From: Candidatus Thermofontivivens primus
Lineage (GTDB): Bacteria > Sysuimicrobiota > Sysuimicrobiia > Sysuimicrobiales > Thermofontiviventaceae
Direction of reading: 5' to 3'
NCBI GenBank assembly: GCA_031458695.1
Contig: JAVKJW010000003.1
Span: 73,105 to 137,104 of the forward strand
Length of the DNA stretch: 64,000 nucleotides
In this document: positions 1 through 9,696 of the stretch, piece by piece
Position numbering within the stretch: the stretch's first letter is position 1
How the letters are laid out: every line of letters begins with the position of its first letter
Notes under the pieces: model-generated
The model's database searches: none
What the model was told of the DNA's origin: nothing
What the model saw: the letters and a program-made list of their open reading frames with translations, nothing else
Position numbers and translations under genes: made by a program

Positions 1-1233
1 GCGGAGCGGAGGGAAGTATCCGCGGGAGAGTTCGTGACCGCAAGGGTCGACTTTTGCATGATCCACGACATCTTCGCAGCCACCCTTTTCGACCTCCTGG
101 AATCCACCGGGATTGACCGTCTCTGGGATCCTGGCCGCGTTGCCGTGGTCATTGACCATTTCTCTCCCGCGCCCTCGGCGGCCGTCGCAGACATCCATCG
201 ACGCATCCGGGAGGGCATTCGCCGGTTTAGCATCGCCCACTTCTACGATGTGGGAAGCGGAATCTGCCACCAGCTCATGGTGGAGAAAGGACATGTTCAG
301 CCGGGGATGCTCGTCGTAGCTACAGATTCTCATACCACAACCTACGGGGCCCTTGCCGTCGCGGGGACTGGGATCGGTACTTCGGAGATGGCCTACGTCC
401 TGGCGACGGGTACCCTCTGGTTCCAGGTGCCCCAGACCATACGCTGTGAAGTTTCCGGGTCCCTCTCTGATGGAGTTTGCTGGAAGGACGTGGTTCTCTC
501 TCTCCTTGGGCGTCTGGGTTCGGACTTCGCCCAGTATCGGGCACTTGAGTTCACGGGGCCAGCGATCCCTTCCCTAGATATGTCTGGTCGCCTCACGATT
601 GCAAACATGGCGGTGGAGATGGGGGCAAAGTTCTGCTTCTTCCCGGCGGATGAGGTGACCGCGAGATACCTGCGAAGGACCAGATGGGATGGGCCCATCG
701 CCCCCGATGTGGATGCGAGTTATGCAGAGGTGGTCGTCCTTGAACTAGAGCGCCTTGAACCCTTAGTGGCTCTCCCTCACCGAGTTGACAATGTGCGGCC
801 TGTCCGGGAGGTGGAAGGGATTCCCATCGACCAGGCGTTCATTGGTTCTTGCACCAACGGCAGGCTGGAGGACCTGGAGGTGGCGGCTCGTTACCTCTCT
901 GGCCGTCGTGTGCATCCAGAAACGCGCCTCCTCGTCGCTCCTGCCTCCAGGGCGATCTACGAGGAGTCCTTGCGGAGAGGGATTCTCCAGATCCTCGCAG
1001 AGGCAGGAGCAACGATCCTTTCCCCGGGGTGTGGTCCGTGCTTTGGAGGCCACCTTGGGCTGCTGGGAGAGGGCGAGCGGTGCATTGGGACGCACAATCG
1101 GAACTTTCAGGGACGTATGGGTAGCCCGCGGGCAGAGATCTACTTAGCTTCTCCGGCGACCGTTGCCTCCAGCGCCCTGTATGGGAGGATCACAGACCCA
1201 CGAAGGGTGGGCGTGGCCTATGCACGCAGTTGA
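1..1233 (+). CDS. Aconitase-family (LeuC/HacA/DmdA-like) dehydratase large subunit, 5'-truncated by window edge
   Basis: Frame open from base 1; motifs VVIDHF, GICHQ, TDSHTTTYGA, IGSCTNGRLEDL, PGCGPCFG, NRNFQGRMG (three Fe-S cysteines). Substrate not determinable. Confidence 0.93.
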   Translation, partial: AERREVSAGEFVTARVDFCMIHDIFAATLFDLLESTGIDRLWDPGRVAVVIDHFSPAPSAAVADIHRRIREGIRRFSIAHFYDVGSGICHQLMVEKGHVQPGMLVVATDSHTTTYGALAVAGTGIGTSEMAYVLATGTLWFQVPQTIRCEVSGSLSDGVCWKDVVLSLLGRLGSDFAQYRALEFTGPAIPSLDMSGRLTIANMAVEMGAKFCFFPADEVTARYLRRTRWDGPIAPDVDASYAEVVVLELERLEPLVALPHRVDNVRPVREVEGIPIDQAFIGSCTNGRLEDLEVAARYLSGRRVHPETRLLVAPASRAIYEESLRRGILQILAEAGATILSPGCGPCFGGHLGLLGEGERCIGTHNRNFQGRMGSPRAEIYLASPATVASSALYGRITDPRRVGVAYARS

Positions 1234-1753
1234 AGGTACTCTGCCACGGATCGTCCAGGGCCGTGTATGGAAGTTCGGGGACGACATCAGCACTGATCTC
1301 CTCGCCCCCGGCGCGTACGCTGTTGCGCCGTTGGAGGAGCGCAAGCGGCACGTCTTGGAGAGTGTGAATCCTCGTTTCCCGGAAGAGGTCAGGCCCGGGG
1401 ATATTGTCGTGGCCGGACGCAACTTCGGGTGTGGGAGCAGCAGGGAGACGGCTCCCGAGGGGCTGAAGGCGCTGGGTGTGGGGTGCGTGGTGGCAGAGTC
1501 ATTTAGCCGCCTCTTCTTCCGTAACGCGATCGCTATCGGGCTACCGGTCCTCCCGTGCCCAGGGGTCGTAGAGGCTTTTGAGGAGGGGGATCCAGCGGAG
1601 GTGGAGATTGCGGGTGCGCTCGTCCGGAATCTTCGGACGGGGCAGGCCCTGTGGGGAAGGAAGCTCCCTCCAGCGATGCTCGAGGTACTCGCAGCGGGAG
1701 GAATCCTTCCTTTGCTGAAGGCCCGCGGTCAGCAACTTTCTGGAACAACATAG
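1220..1753 (+). CDS. LeuD/DmdB-like dehydratase small subunit
   Basis: GRVWKFGDDISTD, AGRNFGCGSSRE, AESFSRLFFRNAIAIGLP; ATG 1220 overlaps the large-subunit end. Confidence 0.93.
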   Translation: MHAVEGTLPRIVQGRVWKFGDDISTDLLAPGAYAVAPLEERKRHVLESVNPRFPEEVRPGDIVVAGRNFGCGSSRETAPEGLKALGVGCVVAESFSRLFFRNAIAIGLPVLPCPGVVEAFEEGDPAEVEIAGALVRNLRTGQALWGRKLPPAMLEVLAAGGILPLLKARGQQLSGTT

Positions 1754-3064
1754 GTGTCATGGGGGGTGGTGAGGTTGTTGTGGAACCCAGAGTATGAGGC
1801 GATGCCTCGGAAGGAGATGGAGCGCCTCCAGGTCGAGCGTCTGAAGAAGCTGGTAGACCGGGTATACAACACGTCGCCGTTTTATAAGGATTTGTTTGAC
1901 CGGAACGGGATCCGTCCAGAGCAGGTGAAGAGCCTGGACGACCTCCGGCGGTTCCCCTTCCTGACTAAGTCCGAACTCCGGTCACTCTATCCCTTCGGCC
2001 TGTTCACCGTACCCGTGGAGAAAACCTTGGAGCTGCACTGTTCCTCAGGGACGACGGGGGCCCCCACCATGGTAGGGTACACCCACGCTGACCTAGACCT
2101 ATGGGGGGAGGTCATGGCACGGGTTCTCGCCTGCGGCGGCGTCCAGAAGGGGGACCTCATCCATAACGCCTATGGCTACGGGCTCTTCACAGGCGGTCTG
2201 GGGTTCCACTATGGGGCCCTGAAACTAGGTGCCACGGTCCTCCCCATTTCGTCCGGGAATACAGCGAGACAGATCAAGCTCATGACCGAGCTCGGGTGTA
2301 CAGTCCTCTGCTGCACGCCATCTTATGCCCTTCACCTAGCCGAGGTCATGGAGGAGACCGGCAAAGAGCCTAAAGGACTCCGCTGCGGCATCTTCGGCGC
2401 CGAACCCTGGACCGAGGGGATGCGCAGGCAAATCGAGGAGCGCTTGGGTTTGAGCGCCGTGGACATCTATGGGTTGAGCGAGGTCATCGGGCCAGGGGTC
2501 TCCTGTGAGTGCCAGGAGGCCAAGAACGGCCTTCACATCAACGAGGACCACTTCCTCCCGGAGGTCATTGATCCGGTGACCATGGAGCCGCTCCCGGATG
2601 GGGAGAAGGGCGAGCTCGTTTTCACCACCCTGACCAGGGAGGCGACGCCGGTGATTCGCTACCGCACCGGGGATATCACCGCCCTCTACCACGAGCCCTG
2701 CCGGTGCGGCCGCACGCTCGTGCGCATGGCCCGCGTCAGCGGGAGGGTGGACGACATGCTTATTATCCGCGGGGTGAACATCTTTCCCTCGGATGTGGAG
2801 GCGGTGTTGATGAGGTGCCCTGAGCTGGAACCGCACTACCAGCTCGTCGTCGACCGGGAACGGGCCCTGGACGTCCTGGAGGTCCGGGTGGAGGCCAAGG
2901 ACGGGGTTTACCAGCGGGCGGAGATCCCAGCGTTGGAGGAGAGGGTCGCAAGGCGGATCCGGGAGGAGCTTGGGATCTCGGCAAAGGTCACCGTGGTTCC
3001 TCCCAAGCAGATCCCGAGAAGCGAAGGGAAAGCGGTGCGTGTGGTGGATCGCCGCAACCTGTAG
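1754..3064 (+). CDS. paaK: Phenylacetate-CoA ligase family protein
   Basis: HCSSGTTGAPT, NAYGYGLFTGGLGFHYGA, DIYGLSEVIGPGV, RYRTGDI, GRVDDMLIIRGVNIFPS, IPRSEGKAVRVVD; start may lie a few codons later. Confidence 0.92.
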   Translation: MSWGVVRLLWNPEYEAMPRKEMERLQVERLKKLVDRVYNTSPFYKDLFDRNGIRPEQVKSLDDLRRFPFLTKSELRSLYPFGLFTVPVEKTLELHCSSGTTGAPTMVGYTHADLDLWGEVMARVLACGGVQKGDLIHNAYGYGLFTGGLGFHYGALKLGATVLPISSGNTARQIKLMTELGCTVLCCTPSYALHLAEVMEETGKEPKGLRCGIFGAEPWTEGMRRQIEERLGLSAVDIYGLSEVIGPGVSCECQEAKNGLHINEDHFLPEVIDPVTMEPLPDGEKGELVFTTLTREATPVIRYRTGDITALYHEPCRCGRTLVRMARVSGRVDDMLIIRGVNIFPSDVEAVLMRCPELEPHYQLVVDRERALDVLEVRVEAKDGVYQRAEIPALEERVARRIREELGISAKVTVVPPKQIPRSEGKAVRVVDRRNL

Positions 3065-3101
3065 GATCTGCTGGATCCGCATGGAGGTGAAGGGGTCAAG
3101 C

Positions 3102-4343
3102 ATGGAGATCGCAGGCGGGAGAGAATGGATCTACGACTGGAACATTGGGCCCGGAACACCCGGAAAGCCCAGGTACCCTGTGGAGCTTGACGACGAGACC
3201 CTCCGAGACGGATTGCAGAGTCCCTCTGTGCTCCACCCCCCTGTAGAGGTGAAGAAGGAGATTCTCCACCTCATGAACGAGCTGGGCATCGACGCGGCCA
3301 ACATCGGCTATCCTGGGAGCAGCCCGCGTGCCCTGGAGGACACCGCCGCCCTAGCCAGGGAGATCGCCGACAGCAAGCTGCGCATCTCCCCCAACTGCGC
3401 GGGGAGGACAGCGGAGCCGGATATCGTGGCCATTGCGGAAGCACAGCAGCGATCAGGGGTTGCCATTGAGGCAGCCCTTTTCTTGGGGAGCAGCCCTATC
3501 CGCCAGTACGCCGAAGGGTGGGACCTGGACTTCCTCCTTCGCACAACAGAATCGGCCGTGACCCTTGCCCGCAGGCTGGGCCTTGAAGTGATGTATGTCA
3601 CAGAAGACACGACCCGCGCCAGACCGGATCACCTCAAGGCCCTGTACAAGACAGCCATTGACTGCGGGGCGAAGCGCGTGTGCCTCGCCGACACCGTCGG
3701 GCACGCTACCCCGTGGGGGGTGAAGCGCCTCGTCCGGTTCATCCGCCGCGTTGTGGGAGAGGATGTCAAAATAGATTGGCATGGCCATCGGGACCGGGGG
3801 CTGGACCTCGTCAACTCTATTGCTGCACTGGAAGCTGGGGCCAATAGGGTGCACGGGTGCGCGCTTGGGATTGGGGAGCGCGTGGGGAACACTCCCATGG
3901 ACCTTCTGCTCGTGAACCTGAAGCTCCTGGGGTGGATCGATCGCGACCTCCGCCGTCTCCCTGACTACTGCGCCCTCGTCTCGGAGGCAACAGGGATCCC
4001 CATCCCCTGCAACTACCCAGTGGTAGGCAAGGATGCCTTCGAGACGAGCACAGGGGTGCATGCGGCGGCGATCCTCAAAGCGTTCCGAAAGGGGGATCAC
4101 TGGCTTGCAAATCGGGTCTACAGCGGGGTTCCTGCCGAAGAGGTCGGCCGGGAGCAAGTAATCACCATCGGGCCAATGAGCGGACAGGCCAACGTGATCT
4201 TCTGGCTCCAGCGGAGGGGGTACGAGGCCACTCCAGAGCTTGTGGACCGGATCCTGAACGCAGCGAAGGAGTCGAATCGGGTGCTCCGGGATGAGGAGAT
4301 CGAGGCGCTCCTGCTCCCGGCGGTCGAACGGAGAGCCGTGTAG
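3102..4343 (+). CDS. LeuA/homocitrate-synthase family (DRE-TIM) acyl-malate synthase without the C-terminal regulatory domain
   Basis: DETLRDGLQS, EDTTRA, LADTVG, WHGHRDRGL, GIGERVGN, VVGKDAF..STGVH; RBS GGAGGTGA at 3083-3090; about 413 aa. Confidence 0.85.
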   Translation: MEIAGGREWIYDWNIGPGTPGKPRYPVELDDETLRDGLQSPSVLHPPVEVKKEILHLMNELGIDAANIGYPGSSPRALEDTAALAREIADSKLRISPNCAGRTAEPDIVAIAEAQQRSGVAIEAALFLGSSPIRQYAEGWDLDFLLRTTESAVTLARRLGLEVMYVTEDTTRARPDHLKALYKTAIDCGAKRVCLADTVGHATPWGVKRLVRFIRRVVGEDVKIDWHGHRDRGLDLVNSIAALEAGANRVHGCALGIGERVGNTPMDLLLVNLKLLGWIDRDLRRLPDYCALVSEATGIPIPCNYPVVGKDAFETSTGVHAAAILKAFRKGDHWLANRVYSGVPAEEVGREQVITIGPMSGQANVIFWLQRRGYEATPELVDRILNAAKESNRVLRDEEIEALLLPAVERRAV

Positions 4344-4345
4344 AG

Positions 4346-6175
4346 ATGCGACAGCACGTCTTGACGCAGCGAGAGAGGCTCCTCCTCACAGGCAACGAGG
4401 CCATCGCCCGGGGAGCGTATGAGGCAGGCGTGAAAGTGGCAACGGGCTATCCAGGGACGCCGAGCACGGAGATCTTGGAGGCCCTGGCCAGGACGGAGGA
4501 TGTCTACGTCGAGTGGTCCACGAACGAGAAGGTGGCCATGGATGTCGCCCTCGGTGCAAGCCTAGGGGGTGTCCGGGCTCTCTGCACTATGAAGCACGTG
4601 GGCCTCAATGTAGCCGCGGATACCTTCATGACCGCTAGTTACACCGGGGTTGGTGGCGGCTTGGTCGTGGTGAGCGCCGACGACCCAGGGATGCATAGCT
4701 CCCAGAACGAGCAGGACAACAGGTACTACGCCAAATTCGCTGCAGTTCCGTTGCTCGAGCCTAGCGACAGTTCTGAGGCGAAGGAGTTCACTCGCTTGGC
4801 CTTCGAGGTGAGCGAAAGATTTGATGTCCCGGTATTGCTGCGCATAACGACCCGCATCGCCCACACCCGCGGGTTGGTAGAGCTCGGCCCACGTCAAGAA
4901 CCGGCTTCCATGGGGTACGTGCGGGACCCTAGAAAGTACGTGATGCTCCCGGCCTATGCACAAAAGAGGCACCCTGTGGTCCTGTCGCGCCTCTCCCGAT
5001 TACAGGAATTCGCGGCATCGCCGGAGTTCCTACGTTGGGAACTCAGAGATCGGGCGGTGGGAGTGATCACGAGCGGAGTTTGCTACCACTACGTCCGGGA
5101 GGTCCTCCCTGAGGCAAGCGTCCTGAAGCTGGGGATGACCTACCCGCTGCCCCTGGAGCAGATCCGGGCCTTTGCGCGGGAAGTTGAGCGCCTGTTCGTG
5201 GTGGAAGAGCTTGAGCCTTTCCTGGAGGAGATGCTCAAGGCTGAAGGACTGGCGGTTGAGGGGAAGGCTTTCTTCCCCCGCCAGGGGGAGCTGAGCCCGG
5301 ACCTGGTGCGAGAAGGGTTCGTCCGCGTGGGTGTCCTCCTTCCTGCAGAATCAAGGGCGATGAGCGAGGTGCCCACGACTCCCCGCCCGCCTGTGCTCTG
5401 CCCAGGGTGTCCTCACATCGTTCCCTTCCTGGCCCTGCGCCGGCTGGGAGCTGTGGTATGCGGCGATATCGGCTGTTACACCCTCGCTGCCTTAGAGCCC
5501 CTCCAGGCCATGGACACCTGTGTAGCCATGGGGTCGAGCATCGGGATGGCTGTGGGGCTGGCCAAGGCAGGCTCTGCACCAGGGCCTGTCGTCGCGGCGA
5601 TTGGCGACTCCACCTTCATCCACGCAGGCATCCCGGCACTTGTTGACGCTGTTTACAAACAAGCAGACATCACTGTTCTTATCCTGAACAACGGTACCAC
5701 CGCTATGACCGGTGGTCAGCCCCACCCCGGAACAGGTCTTACGATCCGCGGGGGACAAACGAAGGCCCTGGATTTGGTCGCTCTCTGCCGGGCAGCGGGT
5801 GTGGAGCACGTGCACGTGGTGGACCCTTATGATATCGCTGCTACGTTTGTGGCCATCGAGGAGGCGATTCACCACCAGGGGGTGGCGGTTGTCATCACCA
5901 ACCGCCCGTGCGTGGAGGCCCCTGTGAAGATCCGGGACAATCCCTTCATAGTGGTCCCGCAGAAGTGCATCGCCTGCCAGCTCTGCATGAACCTTGGGTG
6001 TCCTTCCATCAGCTGGTCCGTAGAGACCTACGAAGGACGCCCCAAGGTAGTTATTGATCCGGCGACGTGCACGGGATGCACGGTGTGTGCACAAATCTGC
6101 CCCACGGACGCGATCCAGTTGTTCCCATCCCCCCGGGCCGTCCCAGGGGAAAAGGCAGGGCAAAGCCGTGGGTGA
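4346..6175 (+). CDS. iorA: Indolepyruvate:ferredoxin oxidoreductase alpha subunit
   Basis: LLTGNEAIARGA, GYPGTPSTEI, MKHVGLNVAAD, DDPGMHSSQNEQD, LCPGCPH, GDIGCYTL, IGDSTF, C-terminal Cys clusters. Confidence 0.95.
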   Translation: MRQHVLTQRERLLLTGNEAIARGAYEAGVKVATGYPGTPSTEILEALARTEDVYVEWSTNEKVAMDVALGASLGGVRALCTMKHVGLNVAADTFMTASYTGVGGGLVVVSADDPGMHSSQNEQDNRYYAKFAAVPLLEPSDSSEAKEFTRLAFEVSERFDVPVLLRITTRIAHTRGLVELGPRQEPASMGYVRDPRKYVMLPAYAQKRHPVVLSRLSRLQEFAASPEFLRWELRDRAVGVITSGVCYHYVREVLPEASVLKLGMTYPLPLEQIRAFAREVERLFVVEELEPFLEEMLKAEGLAVEGKAFFPRQGELSPDLVREGFVRVGVLLPAESRAMSEVPTTPRPPVLCPGCPHIVPFLALRRLGAVVCGDIGCYTLAALEPLQAMDTCVAMGSSIGMAVGLAKAGSAPGPVVAAIGDSTFIHAGIPALVDAVYKQADITVLILNNGTTAMTGGQPHPGTGLTIRGGQTKALDLVALCRAAGVEHVHVVDPYDIAATFVAIEEAIHHQGVAVVITNRPCVEAPVKIRDNPFIVVPQKCIACQLCMNLGCPSISWSVETYEGRPKVVIDPATCTGCTVCAQICPTDAIQLFPSPRAVPGEKAGQSRG

Positions 6176-7034
6176 GGTGCGGAACCTCCTCATCGTTGGG
6201 GTTGGAGGACAGGGGGTCGTGCTGGCCAGTGACATCGTGGCTGCGGTCTGCCTGCGCCATGGCTACGACGTGAAGAAGAGCGAGGTACATGGCATGGCCC
6301 AGCGTGGCGGCGTAGTCTATAGCCACCTCAGGTACGGCCCCAAAGTCCACAGCCCGTTGATTGAGCGAGGGCGTGCAGATGCCCTCTTGGCCCTGGAGTG
6401 GTCAGAGGCACTTCGCTGGCTTCCTTACCTGCGCCCCGGAGGAGTCCTTGTGGTGGACATGGTCCGATCTATTCCTCCCATTGCTCTCAGGGACCGTATG
6501 ACCTGGAAATCGGCGTATCCACCTATGGATGTGGATCAAGTGCGCGCTCTCCAAGTTGAGGTGTGCGCGTGTAACGCCGGGCAACTCGCCGAGGAGCTGG
6601 GAAACAGGAAGGTGGCCAATACCATCCTCCTGGGCATCCTTTCTAACCTCCTGGAGTTCTCCCAAGAGGAATGGGAGGAGGCCCTCTCTGCAGTCGTGCC
6701 GCCGCACACTGTGGACATTAACCTCCAAGCGTTTAGGCTTGGGCGCAGCGTACATGCTGAGCGCTTCACAGCTGGCGGGATCCCTGTAGACCTCCCTCCT
6801 ACCTACGGGGTGCCCCGCCGCTTCCGCGTGGAGATCGTCGAGGCGTGGTGCAAGGGGTGCGGGATCTGCGTGCGCCTATGCCCAGAAGAATGCCTCCGCC
6901 TGGACAGCCGGGAGAGGGCGAAGGTGGGGGATCCAGGGAGGTGTACGGGCTGCCAGATTTGCCAGCTCCTCTGCCCGGACTTCGCCATTGCCGTGCACGA
7001 GGAGCAGGTGGAGGAGGCCTCTATCCGTGGGTAG
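6168..7034 (+). CDS. iorB: IOR beta subunit fused to a C-terminal 2x[4Fe-4S] ferredoxin (KorD-like)
   Basis: VGVGGQGVVLAS, KKSEVHGMAQRGGVV; C-terminal CKGCGICVRLCP and CTGCQICQLLCPDFAI in the same ORF; GTG 6168 overlaps the iorA end. Confidence 0.9.
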   Translation: MGEVRNLLIVGVGGQGVVLASDIVAAVCLRHGYDVKKSEVHGMAQRGGVVYSHLRYGPKVHSPLIERGRADALLALEWSEALRWLPYLRPGGVLVVDMVRSIPPIALRDRMTWKSAYPPMDVDQVRALQVEVCACNAGQLAEELGNRKVANTILLGILSNLLEFSQEEWEEALSAVVPPHTVDINLQAFRLGRSVHAERFTAGGIPVDLPPTYGVPRRFRVEIVEAWCKGCGICVRLCPEECLRLDSRERAKVGDPGRCTGCQICQLLCPDFAIAVHEEQVEEASIRG

Positions 7035-8211
7035 GGTGAGACTTGTCCGTGGAAATGTAGCGTGTGCGCGCGCGGCCATTGCTGCGGGATGCCGGTTCTA
7101 TGCAGGCTACCCTATCACCCCTTCCTCGGAGATCGCCGAGGAGATGGCGGCTCTCCTTCCCAAAGTGGGAGGGGTGTTCGTGCAGATGGAGGACGAGATT
7201 GCAAGCCTCGCCGCGTGCATTGGGGCCTCCATTGGCGGGTTGCTGGCGATGACCGCAACGAGCGGACCAGGGTTCTCCTTGATGCAGGAGCACCTGGGGT
7301 TCGCCGCACTTGCGGAGATCCCATGCGTGGTGGTTGATGTCATGCGTCTGGGCCCGAGCACGGGCCTTCCCACAGCCCCTTCCCAAGGGGATGTCTATCA
7401 GGCGCGCTGGGGGACCCACGGCGATCGTCCTAGCATCGTGCTGGCCCCTGCCTCGGTGCGGGAGGTCTACGATCTTACTATCCGCGCCTTCCAGCTCTCC
7501 GAGCGATTCAGGACGCCGGTCATCCTCCTCTATGATGAGGTTGTAGGACACATGATGGAGCCAATGGAGCTTCCCTCCTTGGAGGGGATGGGGCCTGTTC
7601 GGAGAGCGAACCCAGTGGATCTTCCTAAAGACTACCTTCCCTATGCAGCAGACGAAGACGGGGTGCCTCCTCTTGTGAGCTTCGGGAGCGGAGTGAGGTA
7701 TCATATCACAGGTCTCATCCACGACGAGTCCGGCTTCCCCACCCAGGACCCGGCGAAGGTCTCCTCCCTTCTGCGGCGCCTCCACGAGAAGATCTCCAGG
7801 AACCTCCACGAGATCGTCTCGGTCGAGCCGTTCCTCCTGGAGGACGCCGAGGTCGCTGTCTTCGCGTACGGGATCGTGGCCCGGGCCGCACGTGAGGCGG
7901 TGCAGGAGGCTCGGGCGAGGGGGATGCGTGTGGGACTGCTACGGTCCAGTGTCCTGTGGCCCTTTCCGGAGGACGCCGTCCGGGAAGTCGCCCGGACCGT
8001 GCGGGCAATCGTCGTTGCGGAGATGAACCTGGGGCAGATGGTCTACGAAGTAGAGCGAGCAGCAGGGGGTAGGGCGGAAGTTGTGGGATGCTTCCAGGTT
8101 GATGGGAGGCCCATCTCCCCAGAGACTATCCTGGATGCCGTTTCCACACTCTGTGCCCATCCATCCCCCTCGGGGAAGTCCAAGGGTGGCAGGCTCAAGG
8201 AGGGGAACTAG
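7027..8211 (+). CDS. korA: 2-oxoacid:ferredoxin oxidoreductase alpha subunit (KorA type)
   Basis: GNVACARAAIAAGCRFYAGYPITPSSEIAE, QMEDEIAS, TATSGPGFSLMQE, GPSTGLPT, QARWGTHGD. Confidence 0.92.
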   Translation: MGRVRLVRGNVACARAAIAAGCRFYAGYPITPSSEIAEEMAALLPKVGGVFVQMEDEIASLAACIGASIGGLLAMTATSGPGFSLMQEHLGFAALAEIPCVVVDVMRLGPSTGLPTAPSQGDVYQARWGTHGDRPSIVLAPASVREVYDLTIRAFQLSERFRTPVILLYDEVVGHMMEPMELPSLEGMGPVRRANPVDLPKDYLPYAADEDGVPPLVSFGSGVRYHITGLIHDESGFPTQDPAKVSSLLRRLHEKISRNLHEIVSVEPFLLEDAEVAVFAYGIVARAAREAVQEARARGMRVGLLRSSVLWPFPEDAVREVARTVRAIVVAEMNLGQMVYEVERAAGGRAEVVGCFQVDGRPISPETILDAVSTLCAHPSPSGKSKGGRLKEGN

Positions 8212-8212
8212 G

Positions 8213-9055
8213 ATGATCCCCGATGTACGCACATACCTTCGCCCCGCACGCATGCCCCACATCCTCTGCCCTGGGTGTGGGCATGGGATTGTCCTGGGGG
8301 CGTTGCTGCGAGCGTTCCACCGCCTGCGCCTGAACCCCGACCAGATTGCCCTTGTGGCCGGAATCGGCTGCAGCAGCCGGCTCGTAGGATACGTCGACGT
8401 GTGCACCCTCCACACCACCCACGGTCGTGCGCTCGCCTTTGCCACAGGCTTGAAGCTCGCCCGACCGGAACTGACAGTGGTTGTGCTCACGGGAGATGGA
8501 GATGGCCTGGGGATCGGAGGGAACCACCTCATCCATGCAGCCAGGCGGAATATCGATCTCACCTGCATCCTGTTCAACAACGCGGTCTATGGGATGACCG
8601 GAGGGCAGCTTGCCCCCACGACTCCCCAGGAAGGGGTTGCCTCGACCGCGCCTTACGGGAATATCGAGCCTCCCTTCGATAGCTGCAAGCTCATGATGGG
8701 AGCTGGAGCGACGTTCGTGGCGAGGGGACTTGCCTACGAACCACTCGCCCTCGAGGAGATGATCGCCCGGGGGCTTGTGCATCGGGGGTTTAGCTTCATC
8801 GAGGTCATCACCGATTGCCCGGAGTACTACGGGCGGTACAACCAGCTGGGAAAGGGGCCAGAGATGCTCATGAGCCAGAAGCGCCGTACTATGGATATCA
8901 TGGAGATCCTGGCGACCAAACGCTTCGTGGTCCGTGACCGTCCAGAGGTAAGAGCGTGGAACCTACCGTACCGCTTGGGCATCTTGCATGAGGAGGAGAG
9001 GCCGGAATTCTCCCAGGTATGCTGGCAGATGGTCGCCGGGAGGGAGATGGTATGA
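8213..9055 (+). CDS. korB: 2-oxoacid:ferredoxin oxidoreductase beta subunit
   Basis: CPGCGHG, GIGCSSR, HTTHGRA, TPP motif GDGD..GIGGNH, NNAVYGMTGGQ. Confidence 0.92.
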   Translation: MIPDVRTYLRPARMPHILCPGCGHGIVLGALLRAFHRLRLNPDQIALVAGIGCSSRLVGYVDVCTLHTTHGRALAFATGLKLARPELTVVVLTGDGDGLGIGGNHLIHAARRNIDLTCILFNNAVYGMTGGQLAPTTPQEGVASTAPYGNIEPPFDSCKLMMGAGATFVARGLAYEPLALEEMIARGLVHRGFSFIEVITDCPEYYGRYNQLGKGPEMLMSQKRRTMDIMEILATKRFVVRDRPEVRAWNLPYRLGILHEEERPEFSQVCWQMVAGREMV

Positions 9056-9612
9056 GGATGGAGATCCGTCTCGCTGGCGCGGGAGGACAGGGGATTGTGC
9101 TCGCTAGCATGATCCTGGGGGAGGCCGCGTTGTTGGAGGGGAAGAAGGCGGCCTGTTTTCATGCCTACGGGCCTGAATCGCGGGGAGGGGCGAGCCGGGC
9201 GGACGTGATCATCTCCCAGGAAGCAATCGAATACCCCGTGGCCAGAAATGTAGACCTTCTCCTGGCGCTCACGCAGGAAGCCTGTACGCAGTTCTGGAAG
9301 GATCTCAGGCCTTCGGGGATGCTCATCGTGGATGGATCCAGTGTCCCTTCGGTCCCTCATGGAGAGTCTGCCGTCTACGTTCTCCCCATTGTGGAGGTGG
9401 CGCGGAGGACCCTGGGGACATCGGTCCCGGCCAACGTAGTGGCACTCGGGGCGATCTCCGCCTTGACAGGGGTGGTGGGCGAGGAGGCGCTGGAGGAAGC
9501 GATTGCATCACGAATACGTCCTGGAGCGCTCCAGCACAATCTCCGGGCGCTCCGGATTGGGTTTGAGCTCGCACGGGGCGTGCGGGAAAGCACCCCGGCG
9601 AAAGTCTTTTGA
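9052..9612 (+). CDS. korC: 2-oxoacid:ferredoxin oxidoreductase gamma subunit
   Basis: EIRLAGAGGQGIVLA, YGPESRGGASRADV; ATGA overlap with korB. Confidence 0.9.
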   Translation: MRMEIRLAGAGGQGIVLASMILGEAALLEGKKAACFHAYGPESRGGASRADVIISQEAIEYPVARNVDLLLALTQEACTQFWKDLRPSGMLIVDGSSVPSVPHGESAVYVLPIVEVARRTLGTSVPANVVALGAISALTGVVGEEALEEAIASRIRPGALQHNLRALRIGFELARGVRESTPAKVF

Positions 9613-9696
9613 CCTTTACCGGTCCATCTCAGGAATCACGGGTCCTCAGCAACATCTCGCTGAGAGATTTTGCGAGGGCCGCGAGGGAGTGAGGGC

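Noticed and set aside
1..4343. Plain leucine biosynthesis operon (leuC, leuD, leuA symbols)
   Set aside because: paaK is interleaved, no leuB or ilv genes are in the window and the synthase lacks the regulatory domain; symbols withheld, although leuB could lie upstream.
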